This document shows positions 1 through 10,572 of a DNA stretch of 64,000 nt, one piece after another. Source of the DNA: Opitutia bacterium (GTDB lineage Bacteria; Verrucomicrobiota; Verrucomicrobiia; Opitutales; T3Sed10-336); NCBI GenBank assembly GCA_050506795.1, contig JBJHCF010000020.1, positions 23,763 to 87,762 on the forward strand, in the 5' to 3' direction. The notes under the pieces are model-generated. The model did no database searches, was not told the DNA's origin, and was given only the letters and a program-made list of their open reading frames with translations. How positions within the stretch are numbered: position 1 is the stretch's first letter; each line of letters starts with the position of its first letter. The position numbers and the translations under genes were made by a program.

Positions 1-308
1 AATTCCCGCAGAATGTAACCCCAGAGGCCTGAGATGCGGGCGGATCCGTGCTCGTCCTCAAGCTTGCGCCTGAGTTGGACGGCGGCGTTTTCTTCCGCGA
101 TCGCAATGAACTGAAAATAAAGCGAGAACGCCTTGGTCACCTTTTCGGGTGTGGCGGCGGAGGCTGTCCCGTTTTTTCCTTCGATCTGTCGAATCACTTC
201 CTCCTCTCCCAGTTCACGGAGCATTTCGATGAAACTGGTGTGCAGGAAGTTCAGGTCATCCTGAATCTTCTGTAATTCGATACTGTCGTCGGTCGTGCTG
301 AAATACAT
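1..308 (-). CDS. ppc: phosphoenolpyruvate carboxylase, N-terminal part (runs off window edge)
   Basis: Not in the ORF track. Manual translation from ATG at 308 gives MYFSTTDDSIELQKIQDDLNFLHTSFIEMLRELGEEEV...KAFSLYFQFIAIAEENAAVQLRRKLEDEHG..ISGLWG; the AFSLYFQxxxIAEE segment is typical of the PEPC N-terminus. Confidence 0.75.
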   Translation of the reverse strand, partial: MYFSTTDDSIELQKIQDDLNFLHTSFIEMLRELGEEEVIRQIEGKNGTASAATPEKVTKAFSLYFQFIAIAEENAAVQLRRKLEDEHGSARISGLWGYILRE

Positions 309-399
309 GGTGTTTTCGAGTTTGCATGTTACGCCGTTAAGGATCAATTCTTTATGGTTCTGCTGCATTCCGGCGAAACTTTTGTTACCGATCCAATTC

Positions 400-1551
400 A
401 TGCCACAGACCGCCAGGCGCCTTAATGGTTTCACCGAATCCGTCATTCGCGGGATGACCCGCCTCGCCACCGAGCACGGGGCGATAAACCTTTCCCAGGG
501 TTTTCCTGACTTTGATCCGCCGGAGGTGTTGCTGCAGGCGCTGGAGAAAGCAACCCGCGGGCCGTACCACCAGTACGCCGTGACCTGGGGTGCGCCGCGG
601 TTCCGAGAGGCCTTGGCCCGCAAAATCCATCATTTCTCCGGGCTTGAGGTCGATCCAGATGAAAACCTGGTGGTCACTTGCGGCAGCACCGAGGCCATGA
701 TGGTCGCCATGATGACCGCGTGCAATCCAGGGGATAAGGTGGCGGTGTTTTCGCCGTTCTATGAGAATTACGCCGCCGACGCCATTCTTTCGGGCGCGGA
801 GCCGGTATACGTGCCGCTGCGTCCACCGGAGTTTTCTTTCGACCCGGAGGAACTTGCTTCAGCGTTCGCTGAAGGGGTGAAAGCGATCATTCTGTGCAAT
901 CCCTCCAATCCGACCGGCAAGGTGTTCACGCAGGAGGAATTGCTGACGATTCTTGAGCTGGCCGAGCGGCACGATGCGTTTGTCGTCACGGACGAGCCCT
1001 ACGAACATATTGTGTACGAACCGCACCGCCACGTTTCATTCGCCGCGCTGCCGGGAGCGTTCGAGCGGACCATCGTCTGCAACTCGTTGTCCAAGACTTA
1101 CTCCATAACCGGCTGGCGTTTGGGGTATGTGATGGCGTCCGGCAATGTGGTGCACCAGGCGCGCAAGGTGCATGATTTTTTGACCGTGGGGGCGGCCGCG
1201 CCCTTGCAGGAGGCGGCGGTGACCGGACTGGAACTGCCGGACTCGTACTACCGCGAGTTGCGAGAGGGGTATACCCGCAAGCGGGATGTGTTGCTCGATT
1301 ATCTGCGCCGGACGGGTCTGTCGTTCTCCGAGCCCCAGGGAGCCTATTACGTGATGGTGGACATATCTCCTCTGGGTTTCACCAACGATACCGCGGCGGC
1401 GGAAGATATCCTGCGACGCATCGGGGTAGCCGGCGTTCCGGGATCGAGCTTCTTTCGGGAACCTGAACACCGTTACCTGCGACTTCACTTCGCCAAACGG
1501 GAGGAAACCCTGCACGCGGCGGGACAACGGCTTCTGCGTTTGCGGGAGTAG
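400..1551 (+). CDS. PLP-dependent aminotransferase class I/II
   Basis: INLSQGFPDF, CNPSNPTGKV, DEPY and SLSKTYSITGWRLGY (PLP lysine) motifs; start taken at MPQTARR (400). Confidence 0.92.
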   Translation: MPQTARRLNGFTESVIRGMTRLATEHGAINLSQGFPDFDPPEVLLQALEKATRGPYHQYAVTWGAPRFREALARKIHHFSGLEVDPDENLVVTCGSTEAMMVAMMTACNPGDKVAVFSPFYENYAADAILSGAEPVYVPLRPPEFSFDPEELASAFAEGVKAIILCNPSNPTGKVFTQEELLTILELAERHDAFVVTDEPYEHIVYEPHRHVSFAALPGAFERTIVCNSLSKTYSITGWRLGYVMASGNVVHQARKVHDFLTVGAAAPLQEAAVTGLELPDSYYRELREGYTRKRDVLLDYLRRTGLSFSEPQGAYYVMVDISPLGFTNDTAAAEDILRRIGVAGVPGSSFFREPEHRYLRLHFAKREETLHAAGQRLLRLRE

Positions 1552-1614
1552 ACCGAAAAGGACTTCGCGAATTCATTGATTTTCGAGGTCGGACAGGATT
1601 AGATCGCGGCGACT

Positions 1615-2826
1615 ATGGGAAGAAAACCTTTTAACGATCACCCGTTTGCGTACCACGCGGAAATCGAGCTGGAGATTACTTCGCTGACCAATCTCGGACA
1701 GGGAGTGGGGCGGGTCGACGGCTGGGTGTTGATGGTGCCGTTCGCCCTGCCGGGTGAACGGGTGCGGGCCAGGGTTTACCGCAATCACAAGAATTATTCG
1801 GAGGCGGACCTGGTGGAGGTTTTGCGGTCGGCGCCGCACCGCGTGGAGCCGCGCTGCCCCGTGTTTGGAACCTGTGGGGGGTGTCAGTATCAGAACCTGG
1901 ACTACGAGGAGCAATTGCGCTGGAAGCGCCGTCAGGTCGCGGAGTTGCTGCAGCGCATGGCTGATATCGAGGCCGAAGTGGAGCCGGTGGTTCCGTCGCC
2001 ACGGCTCTACGGCTACCGGTCGAAACTGACGCCTCACTTTCAGCGTCCGCGCCAGGGAGAGCCACCCGCTATCGGTTTCCTGGCGCAGGGCTCGCGTCGA
2101 CGCCTGGTGGACGTCTCGGTGTGTCCCATCGCCACTGACGGAATCAACCTGGTTCTGCCGAAGGTCCGGGAAGAGGTGTTTCGTCAGGCCGGGAAATACA
2201 AAAAGGGTGCGACCCTGCTGTTGCGCGATTCGGAGGAGGGGGTGGTTACAGACCCCCGGAAGGTGATCACCGAACGGGTAGGTTCGCTGCGATTTCGATT
2301 TCTGGCGGGCGAATTTTTTCAGAACAATCCCTTCATCCTCGAGGAACTGATCGGACATGTGGGAAGGGAGAGTGGAACGGCTCGCTGTTTGATCGACGCC
2401 TACTGCGGTTCCGGGCTCTTCGCGCTGAGTCTGGCCGATCGTTTTGAGCGAGTGGTCGGAATTGAAGTCAGCGAACGGGCGGTGTCCTGGGCCGAGGAGA
2501 ACGCGCGTCTGAATGAAGTTGGCAACTGTTCGTTCCAGGTGGGAGACGCCGCTTCGATTTTCTCCGGAGTGGATTTTCCGGGAGAGGAAACCTCGGTAAT
2601 CATCGATCCTCCGCGCCGGGGCACGGACCAGACCTTTCTGAACCAGCTTTTTGAATACGGTCCCGCCCGCGTGGTTTACGTCTCCTGCAATCCGGCCACC
2701 CAGATCCGCGACCTTAAATTCTTCCGCCAGAACGGCTATACTATCCGCAAAGTGCAGCCCTTTGACCTATTTCCCCAGACCCGGCATTTGGAATGCGTGG
2801 TGACTTTGGAAAAGGCTGCAGGATGA
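1615..2826 (+). CDS. RlmD/RumA-family RNA (uracil-C5)-methyltransferase with TRAM domain
   Basis: TRAM N-terminus, CPVFGTCGGCQYQ 4Fe-4S motif, FFQNN, DAYCGSG, DPPRRG, YVSCNP, DLFPQTRHLE. Confidence 0.92.
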   Translation: MGRKPFNDHPFAYHAEIELEITSLTNLGQGVGRVDGWVLMVPFALPGERVRARVYRNHKNYSEADLVEVLRSAPHRVEPRCPVFGTCGGCQYQNLDYEEQLRWKRRQVAELLQRMADIEAEVEPVVPSPRLYGYRSKLTPHFQRPRQGEPPAIGFLAQGSRRRLVDVSVCPIATDGINLVLPKVREEVFRQAGKYKKGATLLLRDSEEGVVTDPRKVITERVGSLRFRFLAGEFFQNNPFILEELIGHVGRESGTARCLIDAYCGSGLFALSLADRFERVVGIEVSERAVSWAEENARLNEVGNCSFQVGDAASIFSGVDFPGEETSVIIDPPRRGTDQTFLNQLFEYGPARVVYVSCNPATQIRDLKFFRQNGYTIRKVQPFDLFPQTRHLECVVTLEKAAG

Positions 2827-3166
2827 TGCTTATGTAAAACAACTTAAAGAGAAGTTTGCCTCCAGTTTCTTCCGCTCCTTAATCAACACGTCCCCGGTCT
2901 TGAGGTTATCCTTCGTGCGGGGGTGATCGTTCCTTTTGCCGCCGGTGCCGCCACAACCCCGGGGGGCCACGACGTCACCCCGGGTCCGTCGCTCGGGGTG
3001 GAGGGCCTGGACGTCAGTCCCAAACTGGCCACGAGGGAATACCTTTTGACGACTCTCAGTCCGCGCCGATCGCCCCGCGTTTTGGTCCCGCTTCGCCCTC
3101 TCTCGCAGAGACCGGCGTCTGCCGCGTTCGAGGGGACCTCCTGCTCCTTGCTGAGAAATCCGATCC

Positions 3167-4099
3167 CGCGACTGCCTCACCCTCTCGATCGTTCGTTTCG
3201 TCTGCGCTGTATATTGGTTTCATCCCTGGGTATGGATTACTGCGACGCGCATAAACGCCGATCGGGAGCAGGCCTGTGACGACATCGTTATCCACCATTC
3301 CCGATCGCCGGAAGCCTATGCCCGCGATCTGGTGGACGTTGCCGGCCGGGTCAACGCCGCCTTCCCTGCGGCACAAGTGGGAATCACCATGGCTCGTCAC
3401 GCGAACGCTCGCGCACCGGTCTGTGACCGATGCGGAAGGACGGTTCGAATGGCACGAAGCTCCGAAGGATTCCCTGACCGTCGACGTCTGGGCTCCGCTT
3501 CATGTCAACCGTTCGGCTCCGGTGAGGGCAGGTGATGAGAATCGAATTGAACTGAAGGGTCCATCCTGATCAAAGATGACGTGGTGGGCGCCGAGAGCGG
3601 CGAGCCGGTGAAACGGTTTTACGTGGCAACCGGGAACCTTCGCCCCGACCACATGGGTCGACCTGGGCGGCAATGGCCGGCCCGTAATCGGAAGGATATC
3701 GCTCGACTCACTGGATGGACCGTGGGGCATTCGTTCAACCCCACCGATCTGTTGCCGATGCGACCGGGCCGTCTGAGGTTGGATGATGTCCAGGAATGGG
3801 AGGCGAGTCAGGAAGGGAAAGCAAATTTCCGGAAACGCGTGGTTCGCCTCGGCACCTTTGTGCTCGCGCCGGACGGTTCGTTTGAAATCGACGATCTGGC
3901 GCCCGGAGACTACAAATTAAGAATTAGCTATGCTGAACCCAAGCCGGTGAGAGTTCGAGATGATGCCCCCGACGTCATTTAGGTCGAGCACCAAGACAGT
4001 ATCACCCATGAATTCACCGTTCCGGAATTCGACGGACCGTACAGCCAGGAACCCTTGGAACTGCCTGAATTGTCGCTTTTTCTGCCAGGCAAAATATAG
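3167..4099 (+). pseudogene. fragmented remnant of an M56 (BlaR1-like) peptidase fused to carboxypeptidase-regulatory-like domains
   Basis: From 3167: RDCLTLSIVRFVCAVYWFHPWVW...REQACDDIVI..SPEAYARDLVDVA..ITMAR (M56 C-terminal consensus). Then frame-shifted pieces TDAEGRFEW.EAP, VVGAESGEPVKRF and PDGSFEIDDLAPGDYKL, an in-frame TAG at 3980-3982, and continuation HEFTVPEFDGPYSQEPLELPEL. Confidence 0.7.
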
Positions 4100-4135
4100 G
4101 TTGACAGATTTGGTTTGGGGGGTTGGGTATGGGGC

Positions 4136-5110
4136 ATGAGATTGAATCGGAGGCGACTGAAGGTTTTGGGAGAGGTGAGCGGGGTGTACCACTGCATGAC
4201 CCGGGTGGTGGCCGGGGAGCGTTTGCTGGGGAGGCGGGAGAAGGAGGTGTTGCGTAAACAACTCCACCGTCAGGCGGAGTTTTGTGGGGTGCAGGTGCTC
4301 ACTTACTGCATCATGAGCAATCACTTCCACGTCCTGGTACGGGTGCCTCCCGAGAGCGAGACGCGCGGTGTGGAGCTCGAGGAGTTGGTGCGGCGGGTGG
4401 GGGTGCTGTATCCGCGTGAGAAGGCCCTGGCGTGGGAGGCGCGTTTGCGTGGAGATGACGGCGAGGCGGCGCGGGAGCGTTTGCTGGCGCGCATGGGTGA
4501 TGTGTCGCAATTTATGCGTGAGCTCAAGCACCGCTTTTCATTGTGGTACAACCGCAGCCGGGGGCGTTACGGAACGTTGTGGGCGGAGCGTTTCAAGAGT
4601 GTGTTGGTGTCGCCGGATCGCGGGGCGCTTTTGGCGGTGTCGTGTTACATCGACCTGAACGCGGTGCGTGCGGGGCTATGCACGGACCCGAAGGACTACC
4701 GCTGGTGCGGCTACGCGGAGGCGTGCGGGGGGGGCCTGGCCTCGCGTGCGGGGTTGCAGCGGATGCTTGAGTTGGAGGATTGGCGTGAGTGCCAGAAGGC
4801 GTACCGGGTGCACCTGTTTGGGCGTGCGAACGCGGCGTTGATGGGCGAAGGGCAGGGGTTGCCCATGAGTGTGGTGGCGCGGGTGAAGGGGCGGGAAGGG
4901 GAATTGAGCCTGCCGGAGGTGTTGCGTTGCCGGGTGCGTTATTTCACAGCTGGAGCGGCGATTGGGACGCGAGAGTTCGTGGAGGAGGTGTTGCGTCAGA
5001 ACGCGGGGATGTTCGGCAATAACCGCAAGAGCGGCGCGGTGCGAATGCGGGGGAAGGGATTGCGGGACCTCTATAGCTTAAGGAATTTGCGGAAGGACGT
5101 ATTTGGTTGA
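4136..5110 (+). mobile_element. Y1 HUH transposase, REP-associated tyrosine transposase (RAYT)/IS200-like
   Basis: YHCMTR, YCIMSNHFHVLV (HUH), LWAERFKSVLV and YIDLNAVRAG...DYRWCGY motifs; start at ATG 4136; TTGACA at 4101-4106 upstream. Confidence 0.85.
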
Positions 5111-5261
5111 AGCCTGCATCCGTGGCGGGCCGGGGTGGATTTCATTTGATCAACGAGGTCCGGTCTTCGAGTTATTGTAATGACTAATTGTTTTTGGTCA
5201 CGCGAAGCCGGAAATCCCAGGCCAAGGTCGGGGGGAGGATCCGCTGAAAAAGGAGGAGATC

Positions 5262-5407
5262 AACCACGAAGGACACAAGAGCGCGAAACCGGGATCTGGA
5301 TTCAGTGGACAGGACTAAGGAAGGAGCGAGTCGGCTGGGTGCTGGAACCAGAGGCTAGCAACAATAAACGGCTCGCTCCTCGCCCGTTGTACTCGTGTCC
5401 TGTGGTT
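5262..5407. repeat. nested imperfect inverted repeat (MITE/REPIN-like) downstream of the transposase
   Basis: Outer arms AACCACGAAGGACACAAGAG (5262-5281) and CTCGTGTCCTGTGGTT (5392-5407); inner arms AGGAGCGAGTCG (5322-5333) and CGGCTCGCTCCT (5369-5380). Confidence 0.5.
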
Positions 5408-5574
5408 CCTTCCGCAGCGCCAAAACCACGAATCCGAAACCAGGCACCGAGAGCACTGATCACAACTATCCCACCTGCTTTACCTCGTAGAGGTTTGCAG
5501 TATTAGCGAGTGCCGTGGTTCCCGAATGTTTGGGCCGTGGCGATCGGAAGACTACAACCTGTGGTGACTCATCG

Positions 5575-6858
5575 TCAGAAGGTAAGATAGACGCCGGTGA
5601 CGATGGAATTCGAGTTGCGCTCGCCGTTGGGGTTGGCGTCCAGGCGGGTGCGTTCGTATCCAATTTTGAAATTCAGGTTCTGGCCACGGGCAAAGTAGGT
5701 GGCGCCGATGCGGGCGTTGGTGTAGGAACCCGCGCCACCGGGGGCGTCGCTGTCCCACTCCTCGTAGAGGATCCAGGGTTGGATTCGGAGTTCCGGGAAA
5801 TAATATCCAGCCTGGGCGAAGAAGCCCTCGCCCTGCGCCTGTAGGCCGGAGACGTTGTTGGCGCCCGGGAAGGCGGATCCGTCGCGACGGTTGAGCAATC
5901 CCGCGTCATCGAGATCGAGTTGCCCATAGGCGGCTTCGAAATTTACGGTTCCCGGGCCGAGGGGTTGTTCAGCGAAAAGATCGACTGTCCAAAAGCGATA
6001 GTTCACTTCGTTGCCGGTGCCGGCGTCGATGGCCACCCGGTTTTGGGCGTCGAAGGAAACTCCGATTCCAACGGTTTGCTTGCGCCCGAGGTAGGTGGAG
6101 GAGTTAAAGAAGCCGTTTTCGTGGTCGCCGAAGTTAATGGCGGCGCGCCCGCTGTAGCGGAGGTCGCCTTCGTCGCGGGCGGGACTGTTGCCGGAACCGT
6201 CATACACGCCGGCGTAGTACTTCAGGTGAACGATTTCGGACAGGGAGCGGTCGCCCCAGAAGGTGACTCCCTCGTCACGCACTTGCGCGTCCATTCGCAG
6301 ACCGGAGTCGGTGCCCGGAAGCGTTGACGTGGCAAATGCGGTCATGGCCCGTCCGCCGAAGCTCAGGTTCTTGAAGGAGAAATTGGGACGGTCGATCGCC
6401 ATCATGGCCGCGGCGGATGTCGTCCCTGCCTGGCGACCAGTGCCAGCCACCAGGTGGCGTCCGACGAAAAACTGAGCTTCCGGAAGTGGTTTGAAGTGAG
6501 CGTAGCTGTCGATAAGGATGACGTTGCTACCGGACACTTCGGTGGCGAGGGAAAAGCCGGCCCACTCCACCACTTCTCCGCGGACCATGATCCTGGCCCT
6601 TCGCATCCGGAACTCCATGTCGTCGTTGACCAGATTGCTGTCGTTGTAGATAAAAAGCGGCTGGATCCGGGCACCAAGGCTGACCCAACCCTCTTCGCCG
6701 AAGTGCAATCGGGTGGGAAGCACGGGAGAAGGTGCGGCGGCAGATCGGATCTCCGGCTCGGATAAACTTCCGTCCTCGCGATTCTCCGCAGCGGTCAGAA
6801 GCGATCCGGCGACGGCGAAGCTCAGTGAAATCAGGAGAAAAGATGCTTTTCGGCTCAT
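5575..6858 (-). CDS. outer-membrane porin (OprO/OprP phosphate-selective porin-like)
   Basis: Signal peptide after MSRKASF, FRMRRARI motif, amphipathic beta-strands, C-terminal YLTF. Confidence 0.75.
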   Translation of the reverse strand: MSRKASFLLISLSFAVAGSLLTAAENREDGSLSEPEIRSAAAPSPVLPTRLHFGEEGWVSLGARIQPLFIYNDSNLVNDDMEFRMRRARIMVRGEVVEWAGFSLATEVSGSNVILIDSYAHFKPLPEAQFFVGRHLVAGTGRQAGTTSAAAMMAIDRPNFSFKNLSFGGRAMTAFATSTLPGTDSGLRMDAQVRDEGVTFWGDRSLSEIVHLKYYAGVYDGSGNSPARDEGDLRYSGRAAINFGDHENGFFNSSTYLGRKQTVGIGVSFDAQNRVAIDAGTGNEVNYRFWTVDLFAEQPLGPGTVNFEAAYGQLDLDDAGLLNRRDGSAFPGANNVSGLQAQGEGFFAQAGYYFPELRIQPWILYEEWDSDAPGGAGSYTNARIGATYFARGQNLNFKIGYERTRLDANPNGERNSNSIVTGVYLTF

Positions 6859-7110
6859 GAGAAGGAGGTTACGGAAGCGAAACCGGCGGAGCAATCCCGT
6901 ATCTGCCGACACCGCTGTTATTGCCAGGGCCTTATGCGGCGTATGTTTCCGGGTTATGGGTTGCGGCTTATCAAGCACTCAACTGCCGCCCATTGGTTAG
7001 CGGTTATCGGGGGCACTGAGGGTGGTGATGTTGAAAGGCCTTCCGGAGAATCTTTTTGCTGAAAGGCAATACGATTTACCGATCCCTAATTGGCATCAAC
7101 CTTTCCTGCC

Positions 7111-7671
7111 TCACACCCACCGTTCGATGGCTTGTCTAATTTCTCGCGGGCAATAGGAGTCCTGGACTCCGAAACGAATGCACGGAATGCCGCTGACCCG
7201 CAAGGCTTCGTCGACAAAGTCGTCGCGCTCCATGCGGTCGGGCCGATCGTGGGAGCGGTCATCGAGTTCCACCGAGGCAAGGATTTCAAGGGTGTCGGGA
7301 TGGCACAGGACGAAGTCGATGTGCCGGGACTTGATCCGGTTGCGGGCGACGAAGGCGGTTCGCGGGTCGGTTCCGGCACGAACCTGGATGATGTCCTCCA
7401 GACGGACTTTGGAATAGATGCGAAAGGTTTCGGCCAGAGCCTTTTCGAGGGCTGCGAAGAATCGCAGTTCGCTTTCGGTCATGAGGCTTTCCCGTGGTTC
7501 GTAAGGAAACGGATCTTTGGGACGACGGGTGAGCAGGTGCCACAGCAGGACCAGGGTGAAGATCAGTGCTATGGCCAGGACCGGCCCGAGGAGCATGTTC
7601 CAAGGCAGTTCGGGCAGATCGCGTATCCGGCCCGCAAGGTCTTGAAGCTGTTCTGGCAAGATGGAATTCAT
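7111..7671 (-). CDS. DUF2726 domain protein with N-terminal membrane anchor
   Basis: LMTESELRFF, KVRLEDII, HIDFVLC, VELDDRSH...RDDFVD motifs. Confidence 0.85.
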   Translation of the reverse strand: MNSILPEQLQDLAGRIRDLPELPWNMLLGPVLAIALIFTLVLLWHLLTRRPKDPFPYEPRESLMTESELRFFAALEKALAETFRIYSKVRLEDIIQVRAGTDPRTAFVARNRIKSRHIDFVLCHPDTLEILASVELDDRSHDRPDRMERDDFVDEALRVSGIPCIRFGVQDSYCPREIRQAIERWV

Positions 7672-7786
7672 GGGTGTTTAGGTGCGGCGGAGATCTGTCG
7701 AAAAATAGCATCGGGACATTGCCTCGACCGGGCAAGGGGCTATTGTCCGTAAATCCCATTGGCGTTTTCATGATGTCTTGTTGAGA

Positions 7787-10507
7787 ATGGCCGATTATCA
7801 CATGATGAGATACTGCGAGAAATTGATGGCGGCCGCGGCTCTTCTCGGGCTTTGCGGACTGACGATGTTGTCCGGACAGGAGCGACCGGGAAGGTACCAA
7901 TCGATGGACTATGGTCCGTTGATTGCGGATTCCATCGTGGCGGAATGGCCTGAGCGGAATCTGGCGCGCAAGGGCTTGGGAATACGGTTGTCTCACGATT
8001 CGGTGATGGTTTTCGACACCGACCTCCTGCGTTTTTCCGCCGGTGCCAGCGGCGGGTGGCTTGATCTCCGAGGTACTGACCGTACCACCTACCGCGGGCA
8101 GCGCACCCCGGTGGTGGAAGGACGGCAGATTTTCGGTACAGCCGAAATTGCCGGTTGGGCGCGGGAGGGAAGTTTCGATGGGCCGCGCGAAGACGGAATG
8201 GGCAACCTCCCTAGGGAATGGGCTCATTATAAAGGGTTCTACCGATTTGGCGACCGGGTTGTGTTGGAATACACGGTGGGGTCGACAAGGGTGCGGGAAA
8301 CCCCGGAGGCGGTGGCTTTCGGCGGAGACACTCCCGCTTTGGTGCGGCGTATGCGGGTGGCGCCCGCTTCAAACGACCTGCACGCCCTACTGTTAGCCCT
8401 CCCGCAGGGCGCTAAGGTTGTTTGGGAGACGGAGAGCATTCTTCTGATGGAAACGGATTCCGGGACTCTTGCGGCGGGACTGGTGGAGGGCGCGGAAGGC
8501 GGGGTGTTGAGCGTATCGGAAGCGGGCGTTGTGCTTCGCCTGCCTGCGGCGGATGATTATCGCGAAGTTTCAGTGGCGATCTTTGAGCTGGAGGATCCGC
8601 AGAACTCCACGGCTCGGGCGGCGCTGGCCCGCATGGTTCGCGAATTGCAGGTTTTGAATTTCGAGCAGATGACCGCAGGCGGGCCGGCGCGCTGGGACCA
8701 CGAGTTGGTCACTGAGGCGGAGGTCTCCGGGGAAAAGAAAGGTTATGTCATCGACCGAATTCCCTTCCCGGATGAAAATCCCTGGGGAGCGTGGTTGCGG
8801 CCTACCGGATTCAATTTTTTCGCCTGCGGAACCCGGGCGGCGGTGGGTACGTGGAATGGAGATGTCTGGATCGTGTCCGGACTGGGCGACGACCTCGGGA
8901 CGGTTCGCTGGCGGCGCTTTGCTTCCGGGATGTACGGAGCCATGGGCATCGTGATCCGTGACGAGGAAATTTATGTGACCGAATACAGCCAGCTCACCCG
9001 TTTGCACGACCTGAACGGGAACGGGGAGGCCGATTTCTACGAGAACTTCAACAACGACGGCGTTGTTTTTCCCCGGGCGCATTCCCTGGCGTTAGAGATG
9101 GATTCCGAGGGGGCGTTTTACTTTTTCAAGAACGGAAATCGCGTGCCGGAAGGTATTCCCCAGCACGGTGCGCTGATCAGGGTCTCGGCGGATGGTAGCG
9201 AACGGGAGGTTTTCGCCACCGGCATCCGTGGCTCCAATTCCCTGGGGATCGGGCCGGGCGACACTATTCTTGGCGCCGATCAGCAGGGGGAGTGGGCGCC
9301 GGTGGACCGGATTGATCGATTGCGCCGTGGAAAATTCTACGGCTTTCGGCCGCATGGCGGTCAGGGCCGCCATCTGGGAGAGTTCGAGCATCCGGTGTTG
9401 TGGATTCCCTACGGGATAAACAACTCATCCGGCGCCCTGCATTTCGCCGATAGCGAAGATTGGGGACCTATGGCCGGCAACTGGATCCTGGGATCGTATG
9501 CGCGCCGCACACTTTTTGCCGTGCTTACCGAAGAAATCGGTGAGGTGATGCAGGGGGCGATGGTGCGGTTTCCCCACGAGTTCGGTTCGGGACTGGTGCG
9601 GGCGCGGATGAATCCGCAGGACGGCCAGCTCTACCTGTTGGGGATGCGTGGGTGGGGAACCTCGGCGCGAGAGGATAACAGTCTGGAGCGTTTGCGGTAC
9701 ACAGGCGCACCGGTGTATTTACCGCACCAATTCAACGTAACCGCGGACGGTGTTCGGTTGACCTTTTCCGAGCCGCTGGATCGTGCATGGGCTGAAGAGG
9801 CCGGGCGTTACGAGGTGGAGCGCTGGGAGTATATTTACACCGAGTCTTACGGTTCGCCCGAAATGTCGGTGCGGGATCCCGGCCGGCGGGGCCGCGATCC
9901 GGTGGAAGTGGTATCGGCTCGAGTGTCGGAAGACGGTAAAACGCTGTTCCTGGAGATTCCGGACCTTCGACCGGTGATGCAGCAAAGGGTGGGTTACGAC
10001 CTACGTTTCGCAGACGGCCACGTTGAGGTAAATGACGTTTATCACACCATCCACACACTTTCGACCGCGGATGTACCGGAGTTTGTGGTACGTGTTGAAA
10101 CGGCTATGAGTGAGGAGGTTACGGCGTGGGTTGACGACGTAGAAAGCACATCCGAGGCACCGGAATGGTTCGTCCAGGGCAGGGAATCGTTTGAAATGAA
10201 CTGTCTGGCATGTCACCAGTCCGGCGGTGTGGCGCCTTCCATGGCCGACTCCCGATGGGCGGGAGAATCTCATGAGGTGCTGACTCGGATTCTCTTACAG
10301 GGGATGGAGGGCCGACTTGGTCTGATGACTTCGTATGGCTGGATGGACGACGATGAACTCGCCGCCATTATCAGTTACATTGGCGTACGTTGGCACGGAA
10401 CGAGTTCCGTGCGTCCGGACATTGTCAGACGTATCCGTGAAGCGACTGAGGACCGCAACGATTTCTGGACCGAGGAGGAGTTGCGTGCCCTTTTGGAGGA
10501 ACTGTGA
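7787..10507 (+). CDS. PVC-type secreted protein: DUF6797-like N-terminal domain, beta-propeller, C-terminal cytochrome c
   Basis: Signal peptide, MDYGP..VFDTDLLR N-domain, propeller repeats (RLHDLNGNGEADFYE), CLACH heme motif near the C-terminus; exact start uncertain (7778-7802). Confidence 0.75.
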   Translation: MADYHMMRYCEKLMAAAALLGLCGLTMLSGQERPGRYQSMDYGPLIADSIVAEWPERNLARKGLGIRLSHDSVMVFDTDLLRFSAGASGGWLDLRGTDRTTYRGQRTPVVEGRQIFGTAEIAGWAREGSFDGPREDGMGNLPREWAHYKGFYRFGDRVVLEYTVGSTRVRETPEAVAFGGDTPALVRRMRVAPASNDLHALLLALPQGAKVVWETESILLMETDSGTLAAGLVEGAEGGVLSVSEAGVVLRLPAADDYREVSVAIFELEDPQNSTARAALARMVRELQVLNFEQMTAGGPARWDHELVTEAEVSGEKKGYVIDRIPFPDENPWGAWLRPTGFNFFACGTRAAVGTWNGDVWIVSGLGDDLGTVRWRRFASGMYGAMGIVIRDEEIYVTEYSQLTRLHDLNGNGEADFYENFNNDGVVFPRAHSLALEMDSEGAFYFFKNGNRVPEGIPQHGALIRVSADGSEREVFATGIRGSNSLGIGPGDTILGADQQGEWAPVDRIDRLRRGKFYGFRPHGGQGRHLGEFEHPVLWIPYGINNSSGALHFADSEDWGPMAGNWILGSYARRTLFAVLTEEIGEVMQGAMVRFPHEFGSGLVRARMNPQDGQLYLLGMRGWGTSAREDNSLERLRYTGAPVYLPHQFNVTADGVRLTFSEPLDRAWAEEAGRYEVERWEYIYTESYGSPEMSVRDPGRRGRDPVEVVSARVSEDGKTLFLEIPDLRPVMQQRVGYDLRFADGHVEVNDVYHTIHTLSTADVPEFVVRVETAMSEEVTAWVDDVESTSEAPEWFVQGRESFEMNCLACHQSGGVAPSMADSRWAGESHEVLTRILLQGMEGRLGLMTSYGWMDDDELAAIISYIGVRWHGTSSVRPDIVRRIREATEDRNDFWTEEELRALLEEL

Positions 10508-10572
10508 TGCTGTGACGGAAAATCGTTCTGCCGCGGAACTGAATCCCCCCGGTACGTTTTTCAAAAAGTACG

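Noticed and set aside
48..275. 75-aa plus-strand ORF
   Set aside because: It is antisense to the recognisable ppc N-terminus.
6860..7085. Riboswitch or ncRNA upstream of the porin
   Set aside because: No recognisable riboswitch consensus by eye; an Rfam/Infernal scan would be needed.
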